Notes under the pieces: model-generated
The model's database searches: none
Seen by the model: only the letters and a program-made list of their open reading frames with translations
What the model was told of the DNA's origin: nothing
Origin: Ignavibacteriota bacterium
GTDB taxonomy: Bacteria; Bacteroidota; Ignavibacteria; UBA10030
DNA length: 64,000 nt
NCBI GenBank assembly: GCA_963727825.1
Contig: CAVSHO010000001.1
Location: 1-64,000 of the forward strand
Direction: 5' to 3'
Shown: one piece after another, positions 57,021 to 64,000 of the stretch
Numbering within the stretch: the first letter of the stretch is position 1
How the letters are laid out: each line of letters starts with the position of its first letter
Translations under genes and position numbers: made by a program

Positions 57021-57860
57021 TTATTTTCCGACTTGTGGACCAGTTCGCTGTTCGAGTTCGACCCGCTCTTTATCCTGGGTATAAGCCATCACAAACACAG
57101 TTTCTAATTTCACAAAGTCAACGCCAGGTTCAATTGTGATGGATTTGAAAAGCGAACCCGGTTGTTCGCGTACATCGCTGACCAGACCGATACGAATATC
57201 CGGTGGGAAAGCATTGCTATATTCAGATGTTGTGACAACGTCACCCACTTTGACATCGCGCATTTTCGGAACATTCTTTAAACTGAGCGTCTTTCCATCC
57301 CAAATAACAATTCCGTCTACACGACTGCGCTGCACCTTGCCGCTTGCCCGAAAGTCTGTGTTTAGAAGAATATTTATGGTAGAGTAATGCTTAGTCACAG
57401 CTGTGACGATGCCAATCAATCCACCGTCGCTCACCACCGGCATATATTGCTGTATGCTATCACTTGAGCCAACGTTAATTGCGATTGTGTTACGCAAAAG
57501 TGTAAGATTCTTGTTGACGACGCGAGCTGCAATCAGCTCATATGGCAGTTGAGCTTTTAATCCAAGCAATTGCCGCAGACGGAGGTTCTCGAGTTTTGCT
57601 TCACGGAGCCGCTGTGTTTCATCAGCCAGTTCAATGTTGATATGATGAAGAAGCTCGTTCTCTGCCTTTAGTCCAAAGTACGTGGGAATAAAACTAAGCT
57701 GTTCCTGCATTTCGCCAAAGATAACAGTCGAAATAGCTCGGATCTGTTTGATCTGCGAATTGTCGTTCATTGCCATTAGAACGAAGGAAATAACAATTAA
57801 GACAGCAAGGATTGCATACTCTCGGAATTCGTACAGAATGTCGTATAGTCGCTCAAGCAT
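57021..57860 (-). CDS. mreC: Rod shape-determining protein MreC
   Basis: TM + coiled coil ENLRLRQLL, GLIG.V, GDVVTTS, FPPDI.IG; downstream of mreB. Confidence 0.93.
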   Translation of the reverse strand: MLERLYDILYEFREYAILAVLIVISFVLMAMNDNSQIKQIRAISTVIFGEMQEQLSFIPTYFGLKAENELLHHINIELADETQRLREAKLENLRLRQLLGLKAQLPYELIAARVVNKNLTLLRNTIAINVGSSDSIQQYMPVVSDGGLIGIVTAVTKHYSTINILLNTDFRASGKVQRSRVDGIVIWDGKTLSLKNVPKMRDVKVGDVVTTSEYSNAFPPDIRIGLVSDVREQPGSLFKSITIEPGVDFVKLETVFVMAYTQDKERVELEQRTGPQVGK

Positions 57861-57947
57861 CTTTTAATTGTGAATTTCGAATCGTCAATTGCAAATTAAT
57901 AATTTCATATTAACTGCTGATTTCGGATTGTGAATTTTTGATTAATA

Positions 57948-58067
57948 TTATTTACGTTTTGCAGTTTTTCTTGTTGAAGTAAAGACTGCTGTCAGCTCTC
58001 CTGCTTCCTTTAACAATACTTTAGTTGCCTCAGAATTAGATTTTCCTAACTCAGATAACAATTCGAA
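57948..58067 (-). pseudogene. C-terminal remnant of a four-helix-bundle (23S IVS-like) protein
   Basis: Start-less frame FELLSELG...LLKEAGELTAVFTSTRKTAKRK*, followed by heptad-like repeats at 57864-57943. Confidence 0.65.
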
Positions 58068-58071
58068 ATTA

Positions 58072-59097
58072 TCAATACCTCTTTCCCTTCAACAATACCT
58101 TGGAGTATTTGTCCATGTTTTCCATAACTTTACCTGTACCACGCACAACGGCGAGTAACGGTTCTTCGGCAACGTGAACGGGAAGATTTGTCTCAAGACG
58201 AAGCCGCTCGTCAAGGCCCTTTAACAAAGCACCGCCACCTGTAAGCATAATACCGCGATCAAGAATATCAGCAGACAGTTCTGGCGGAGTTCGTTCTAAT
58301 GTGACTTTAACTCCTTCTACAATTTGAGCAATAGGTTCGTTCAAAGCTTCTCGAATTTCCACTGAGCTGACCTCCGTTGTCTTCGGTACACCATTCACAA
58401 GGTCGCGCCCTTTTACTTGAATCGTAATTTCTTCTTTCAATGGCATTGCAGAGCCAACTTCACACTTAATCGCTTCCGCTGTCCGTTCGCCAATTAGGAT
58501 ATTGTGATTGCGTTTAAAGAATTGAATGATGGCGTTATTCATCTCGTCACCCGCCACGCGCCGCGATTCTTCGTTCACAATGCCGGACAGTGCGATGACG
58601 GCGATTTCTGTTGTGCCACCGCCGATATCAACAACCATATTTCCTACAGGTGCATCAACATCGAGTCCAATGCCGATTGCCGCTGCCATTGGCTCGGCAA
58701 GTAAGTGAACTTCTTTTGCGCCGGCATGTTCGGCGGAATCACGGACAGCGCGTTTTTCCACCTCTGTAATTCCTGAAGGTACCGAAACAATAATGCGTCT
58801 GCTTGGCACCCAGCCTGCGCTGATTTTTTTAATAAATTCGCGTAGCATACCTTCCGCGATTTCAAAATCCGCAATCACACCATCTTTCATCGGACGGATG
58901 GTTCGGATGTCTTTATGCGTGCGGCCGAGCATTGCACGCGCTTCATTGCCTATGGCGATGATGCGCTTCGTGTTCCGATCAAACGCAACAATGGATGGTT
59001 CGTTAAGGATGATACCTTTGCCCTTCATCCAGATAACAGTATTTGCCGTGCCAAGGTCGATGGCAAGGTCGGCTGAAAACATTGAGAAGAGTCCCAT
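58072..59097 (-). CDS. mreB: Rod shape-determining protein MreB
   Basis: DLGTANT, RPMKDGVIADF, DIGGGTTE, TPPELSADI, TGGGALL. Confidence 0.98.
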   Translation of the reverse strand: MGLFSMFSADLAIDLGTANTVIWMKGKGIILNEPSIVAFDRNTKRIIAIGNEARAMLGRTHKDIRTIRPMKDGVIADFEIAEGMLREFIKKISAGWVPSRRIIVSVPSGITEVEKRAVRDSAEHAGAKEVHLLAEPMAAAIGIGLDVDAPVGNMVVDIGGGTTEIAVIALSGIVNEESRRVAGDEMNNAIIQFFKRNHNILIGERTAEAIKCEVGSAMPLKEEITIQVKGRDLVNGVPKTTEVSSVEIREALNEPIAQIVEGVKVTLERTPPELSADILDRGIMLTGGGALLKGLDERLRLETNLPVHVAEEPLLAVVRGTGKVMENMDKYSKVLLKGKRY

Positions 59098-59146
59098 GAG
59101 AATCCAATTGCAAAATTATGAATGAAAAATTAATAAATGAATTATC

Positions 59147-60748
59147 TTAATGCCTAAAATGTCTGATACCGGTAAAGACCATTGCGATGTTGTGCTCGTC
59201 AGCCGCCTTGATAACTTCATCATCATGAATAGATCCACCGGGTTGAATTACTGCAGTTGCACCAACTTTTATCGCTTCCAACAATCCATCTGCAAATGGG
59301 AAAAATGCATCGGAGGAAACTGCGCAGCCATGCAAATCAAATCCAGCTTCTGTTGCTTTCATAGCCGCAATTTTAGAGGAATCAACACGCGACATTTGTC
59401 CGGCGCCGATGCCGAGCGTCCGGTCGCCCAGTGTGTACACAATCGCATTCGATTTCACATGTTTAGCAATATGCCAAGCAAATAACAAAGCCTGCATCTC
59501 TTCATCAGTTGGTTGACGTTTTGTGACAATTCGTAAGTCACTTTGATGAATTCTGTGTTGATCCGGTTCCTGCACTAGAACGCCACCAACAACTTTCCGT
59601 AAATCTAACTCCCAAAATTTTCGCAAGTTTGATACCTGCTTCATCAAACGGCGATCCCGTTTCTTTGTTAGAAATTCCAGCACGCCTTTTTCATATTCTG
59701 GTGCAATAATTACTTCGGTGAAAATTTCGTTGATGGCTTCTGCTGTCGTCCTATTAAGCGGGCGATTCACACAGACGATTCCGCCATACGCAGATTTTGT
59801 ATCCGTTGCAAATGCTTTTCGATATGCCTCAGCAAGGTTTGCGTCAGTACCAACGCCGCATGGATTGTTGTGTTTAACAATAACGACGGCGGGATCGTTA
59901 AACTCTGTGCAAAGCAATGCTGCTGCGTTGATGTCGAGAATGTTATTGAAAGATAGTTCTTTACCATGCAGTTTCTGAAAATGGCTGCCGAACGTCCCAT
60001 ATAGCGCAGCTGCTTGATGCGGATTTTCACCGTAGCGCATCGGCAGTTCTTTTTTCAGCGAAATGGTGATGGAATCTGGCAGAGTTTTTTGCGGGGTTAG
60101 TCCGGCAAGATATGATGCTATGATTGAATCATAATGCGCAGTGTGTTGAAATGCCCGACACGCAAGATTGAATCGTGTCTGCAATGTAAGTGCGCCGTTA
60201 TGCTCGCGCATTTCTTCTAACACGATGCCATAAAGATCGGGGTTGACAACAACAGCCGTATGCCTGAAATTCTTTGATGATGAACGCACCATGGCTGGCC
60301 CGCCAATATCAATTTGCTCAATAGCTTCATTTAACTTCACATTTTCAACTGCTATAGTTTGTTCAAAAGGATAGAGGTTGACGACTACAAGATCGATTGG
60401 TTCTATATTATGTTTTTGTAACTGCTCACGATGTGAAGGATTATCCATCACGGCAAGGATGCCGGCGTGAATAGCTGGATGCAGAGTCTTAACGCGGCCA
60501 TCAAGAATCTCAGGAAAGCCGGTAACATCCGAGACTTGTTTTACTTCGATGCCGGCGTTTTTCAGAGCTGTAAATGTTCCGCCAGTTGAAATAATCTCTA
60601 CACCGAATTCTCGCAGTGCTTTTGCAAATTCGACTATTCCTTTTTTATCCGATACACTAATTAAAGCGCGCTTAATTGTGAGCGGTGGTATATCATCATC
60701 CGATGAAATTGATTTTGAGAACGGATCTAGAACTATTACGTTATCCAA
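59147..60748 (-). CDS. purH: Bifunctional AICAR transformylase / IMP cyclohydrolase
   Basis: RALISVSDK, GRVKTLHP, RYGENPHQ, KHNNPCG, SDAFFPF, RHFRH. Confidence 0.98.
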   Translation of the reverse strand: MDNVIVLDPFSKSISSDDDIPPLTIKRALISVSDKKGIVEFAKALREFGVEIISTGGTFTALKNAGIEVKQVSDVTGFPEILDGRVKTLHPAIHAGILAVMDNPSHREQLQKHNIEPIDLVVVNLYPFEQTIAVENVKLNEAIEQIDIGGPAMVRSSSKNFRHTAVVVNPDLYGIVLEEMREHNGALTLQTRFNLACRAFQHTAHYDSIIASYLAGLTPQKTLPDSITISLKKELPMRYGENPHQAAALYGTFGSHFQKLHGKELSFNNILDINAAALLCTEFNDPAVVIVKHNNPCGVGTDANLAEAYRKAFATDTKSAYGGIVCVNRPLNRTTAEAINEIFTEVIIAPEYEKGVLEFLTKKRDRRLMKQVSNLRKFWELDLRKVVGGVLVQEPDQHRIHQSDLRIVTKRQPTDEEMQALLFAWHIAKHVKSNAIVYTLGDRTLGIGAGQMSRVDSSKIAAMKATEAGFDLHGCAVSSDAFFPFADGLLEAIKVGATAVIQPGGSIHDDEVIKAADEHNIAMVFTGIRHFRH

Positions 60749-61350
60749 GCTTTTGTTCCTTCTACTTTTACCCGCCCTTCGGCAAATGCTTTCAATGCGA
60801 GCGGGAAAATTTCATGTTCAATTTTCAATACTTTTACTGCAAGTGAATCCGCTGTGTCATCTTGAGCAATGGCGACAGTCTTTTGCAGAACTATTGGGCC
60901 GCGATCATACTCTTCATCCACCAAATGAATCGTTGCGCCGGAGACTTTTTCACCGCTTGCAATTACAGCTTCATGGACGCGATGACCGTACATTCCTTCG
61001 CCACCAAACGATGGCAGCAACGCTGGATGAATATTAACGATCCGGTTACGATATTGCCGGATCACCTGCGCAGGAATTTTTTTTAAATATCCGGCAAGCG
61101 CAATGAATTCTGTGTGATTCTTATCCAACGCTTCTAACATAGCATCCGATAACGCCTCTTCCGACGGAAACATTCTTTGCGAAAGATGTTGTGTCGGAAT
61201 ATTATGTGCGCGTGCAATCTCCATCACGCCTGCATCAGACTTGTTGCTGATGAGTACAACGATTCGCGCCGGAAGAAGTCCAGCGTCAATTGCATTGAGA
61301 ATTGCTTGAAAATTTGAGCCGCGCCCTGAGGCGAAAACCGCGATGTTCAT
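60736..61350 (-). CDS. purN: Phosphoribosylglycinamide formyltransferase
   Basis: ASGRGSNFQA, NIHPALLP, HLVDEEYDRG; likely start ATG 61350. Confidence 0.96.
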   Translation of the reverse strand: MNIAVFASGRGSNFQAILNAIDAGLLPARIVVLISNKSDAGVMEIARAHNIPTQHLSQRMFPSEEALSDAMLEALDKNHTEFIALAGYLKKIPAQVIRQYRNRIVNIHPALLPSFGGEGMYGHRVHEAVIASGEKVSGATIHLVDEEYDRGPIVLQKTVAIAQDDTADSLAVKVLKIEHEIFPLALKAFAEGRVKVEGTKAWIT

Positions 61351-61541
61351 TCCACTGTTGCCAGAGTATTTACCCCAAGATGACGTGGAAATGTAATGAG
61401 AAGTTGAAGGATAATCAATGAAAAGAGTGTATTTTTCAAGATAATATTCAAACATGCCAGGATGCCATCCCATCTTGCGAAAGAGAAGGATATTTCCACT
61501 GTTAATAACTCCTTTATAGAGTTGAATTTTAGTTTCGATAT

Positions 61542-62498
61542 CTACGGTGCAAGAATTCGCTGTTCGCCGATGTGGAGAATAAGAACGCGATCCTCCAAAT
61601 GGCGTTCTGCAATAAGCCGTTTCAATTGGTCTTGTGCTGTCGTCAGCGAAGAATCTAATCCTTGTACAAATGTTCGGTGATGAATCGGAATCATGATCTT
61701 CGCATGCACGTCAGCAAAAATTTGCAGGGCTTCTTCTGGGTCGGCATGTACACGTTTCATGAAGTCGTGCGGCTCAATTGGTGCAATTGGGATTAATGCA
61801 ACGTCAATGGCAAACTTTCTTCCAATCTCTATGAACTTTTCCGGGTCATATCCCGTATCGCCAGCGAAGAAAATTGTTTTACCTTTATATTCGATCACAT
61901 AGCCGGTGTAGGTATTATGGTTCGACCAAGCGCCATCAAATCCGTATCTTCCATTAAAATGTTTGACAGGCACAGCAGTAATGCGCACGCCATCTGCTTC
62001 AAATGTAGTCCACGGATTCATCTCTCGGTAATCTGAAAAACCAAACTCCGGCATATACTCTGCACTGCCAATCGGCATAAGTATTACCGCAGATTTGGGT
62101 AACATTGATAAACTTCCGTAACTCAAGTGATCAAAATGAATATGGGAAATGAGAATATAATCCAGCTTATCAATGGATGATGGCAAAATTCCAGGTTCAA
62201 TTCTGCGTTTGGATATCATTCCTGCCGTTTCTGTAAAAATTGGATCAGTAAGAAATATTTTATTTTCGATTTGGATAAGACATGTCGCATGCCCGACCCA
62301 CAAGACTGATAATCCAACGTTCTGCAAAATCGGATGTGTTAGTTTTGATGCAACAGTGTCAGGCGAGCTCGGAAGATTCTTAAAAGAGTTTGTAATGAAG
62401 CGGGTGAAGAAAGAACTACAGCCGGTAATATTCAATGAACAGTAAAAAATAATGAGTGAAAATAAAAGGAAATGCAACAGATGATTTTTATTGTTCAT
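61542..62498 (-). CDS. MBL-fold metallo-hydrolase (NAPE-PLD/RomA-like), possibly a lipoprotein
   Basis: WVGHAT, TDP, SHIHFDH, FAGDTG, IPIHH. Confidence 0.9.
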   Translation of the reverse strand: MNNKNHLLHFLLFSLIIFYCSLNITGCSSFFTRFITNSFKNLPSSPDTVASKLTHPILQNVGLSVLWVGHATCLIQIENKIFLTDPIFTETAGMISKRRIEPGILPSSIDKLDYILISHIHFDHLSYGSLSMLPKSAVILMPIGSAEYMPEFGFSDYREMNPWTTFEADGVRITAVPVKHFNGRYGFDGAWSNHNTYTGYVIEYKGKTIFFAGDTGYDPEKFIEIGRKFAIDVALIPIAPIEPHDFMKRVHADPEEALQIFADVHAKIMIPIHHRTFVQGLDSSLTTAQDQLKRLIAERHLEDRVLILHIGEQRILAP

Positions 62499-62504
62499 AG
62501 CAGA

Positions 62505-63065
62505 TTAGAAGAAACGGAATTCAATTGAATGCATCCAAATTTCATCAACAGGGCTATACTTGATATTATAATGAAGAAAACCAAAGAGTGTTGAAAATCC
62601 TACAACAATATAATTTGACGACACACCTGCAATGTTGTATCGTGCAACGCCAAGATTTAGTCCGGCATATTCACCATTTTCCACTAACGGTAAGTGCGCC
62701 AACAGTTGTCCGGAAAAGCCCCAATGGCTTGACCCGATCGGGCTCGTGTAAAGCTGTGTGGAGATGTTGAACTCGACTGAACCTGCAAACCGTTCAGGCT
62801 GAGTAACGAAGAAGAAGTGTAAAGGCGGATCAAGCTTCGTCATTCCCCATGAATACAATACAGGTGTTGCTTCCCACTCAAAAGAAAAGTGAGTTTTTGC
62901 CGGATAACATGTCCATGAAACACTGGGGACAGCTTGCATTATTAACCATAAATCAGAAATCCCGCTGCGTTGTTCTTGTGCTGCCGCCTTCTGCCAACTT
63001 ACAAGAAACATCGTTCCTATCAAAAGAATGGAACCTATGCGACATAGTGTTCGTTTTATTGACAT
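62505..63065 (-). CDS. Hypothetical secreted or outer-membrane protein
   Basis: Signal peptide, beta-rich, C-terminal Phe. Confidence 0.6.
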   Translation of the reverse strand: MSIKRTLCRIGSILLIGTMFLVSWQKAAAQEQRSGISDLWLIMQAVPSVSWTCYPAKTHFSFEWEATPVLYSWGMTKLDPPLHFFFVTQPERFAGSVEFNISTQLYTSPIGSSHWGFSGQLLAHLPLVENGEYAGLNLGVARYNIAGVSSNYIVVGFSTLFGFLHYNIKYSPVDEIWMHSIEFRFF

Positions 63066-63197
63066 TGTTAATGAATTTACGGAATAATATTAATTGAAAA
63101 AAGTGTGTTCCAGCCTTTCAAATGAATTTATTGCATTGGTAGATTGTTCTTCATACATTCCAAACATAAAACAATAGATTAACTAAACGAGGTTTCT

Positions 63198-64000
63198 ATG
63201 AAGCAATTTCTCTTAAAGTGTAGTTTCGCGTCTATTGCTGCGGTATTGCTTTTAATGGGTTGTTCGACTCAACAGGTAACCAGAAGTGATACGCCGCGTT
63301 ACACCAATCTTGAAAGAATTCAAGCCGGACAGTTTGATACAGGCAAAATGTGGACATTCGATTTTCCACCGATGGATTATTTCGCGAAGACATATAATTT
63401 CACTCCATCAAAAGAATGGTTCGATAAGGCGCGTTTATCTGCATTACGGTTGCCAAATTGCACAGCATCGTTTGTTTCGGAAGATGGTTTAGTAATGACG
63501 AATCATCATTGTGCCCGCGCTGCATTGGATAGTGTGAATAGAGAAGGCGAACGGTTAGCGGAAGCCGGGTTCTATGCAGCTACATTAAATGATGAGCGCA
63601 AAGCATCCAACATTTTTATTGACCAGTTGCTTGTGATGGAGGATGTTACGAAGGAAGTACAACAAGCATTTGATAGCGGTACGACAGACAACACTAAGGT
63701 TGCAAATCGCATGGCGAAGATGCGGGAAATCCAGAAACGCTATACAGTAAAATATAAAACTAGTTCGCCGCAAGACTCGATGGTGTTTAATGTTGTTTCA
63801 TTTTACAATGGCGGACGCTATTCACTTTACGGATACAAACGTTACATAGACGTACGCCTTGTGTACGCACCGGAAGATGCGATGGCATTCTTTGGCGGCG
63901 ATCCGGATAATTTCACATATCCCAGGTACGATTTTGATTGCGCTTTCTTCCGCGTTTATGATAATGGTAAGCCCCTGAAGACTACAAACTTCTTCAGATT
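63198..64000 (+). CDS. S46 family dipeptidyl-peptidase (partial, runs off window)
   Basis: Open from ATG 63198: LMGC lipobox, GKMWTFD, CTASFVSEDGLVMTNHHC, FGGDPDNFTYPRY; missing from the ORF track because it has no stop in the window. Confidence 0.92.
   Translation, partial: MKQFLLKCSFASIAAVLLLMGCSTQQVTRSDTPRYTNLERIQAGQFDTGKMWTFDFPPMDYFAKTYNFTPSKEWFDKARLSALRLPNCTASFVSEDGLVMTNHHCARAALDSVNREGERLAEAGFYAATLNDERKASNIFIDQLLVMEDVTKEVQQAFDSGTTDNTKVANRMAKMREIQKRYTVKYKTSSPQDSMVFNVVSFYNGGRYSLYGYKRYIDVRLVYAPEDAMAFFGGDPDNFTYPRYDFDCAFFRVYDNGKPLKTTNFFR

Noticed and set aside
61347-61499. 50-codon GTG ORF with RBS overlapping the purN start, or a purine/ZTP riboswitch
   Set aside because: A plausible TTGATT-17-TACATT promoter lies inside it, no riboswitch consensus was recognised, and the peptide has no recognisable features
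600-63773. Numerous short antisense or nested ORFs in the six-frame track (e.g. 20435-20863, 29387-29839, 60549-61037, 63286-63492)
   Set aside because: They overlap well-supported genes and show no motifs or RBSs; treated as shadow ORFs
1-64000. CRISPR array, rRNA, IS transposase or prophage structural genes
   Set aside because: No regularly spaced repeats or recognisable motifs were seen; the CI-like repressor has no phage neighbours

Overview
Bacterial chromosomal window, probably Ignavibacteria or a related FCB lineage (inferred from gene content, TTGACA-type promoters and GGAG RBSs; not verified). From left to right it contains: the edge of an accessory region (beta-barrel + lipoprotein pair, decayed tyrosine integrase, tRNA-Pro(GGG) with a GIY-YIG remnant and a duplicated tRNA 3' end); housekeeping genes (ornithine decarboxylase + deoxyhypusine-synthase-like gene, etfAB); a full his operon led by a TrpR-like (HisR-type) repressor with two visible operator boxes; a DNA-damage cassette; a ~19 kb glycosyl/methyltransferase locus; mreBC; purNH; and the start of an S46 peptidase. 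The most notable item is at 28.5-33.1 kb: an archaeal-type PolB2 / small PolB2 partner / inactivated RadA trio under a divergent, autocleavable CI/LexA-like repressor. Its operator palindrome (AYGACA-N4-TGTCGT) is visible in both promoters, so this is a candidate self-contained inducible mutagenesis or translesion system in a bacterium. Seven genes carry single-base insertions (eight in total) that are most likely long-read assembly errors. All family calls come from motif recognition by eye; no database searches were run.
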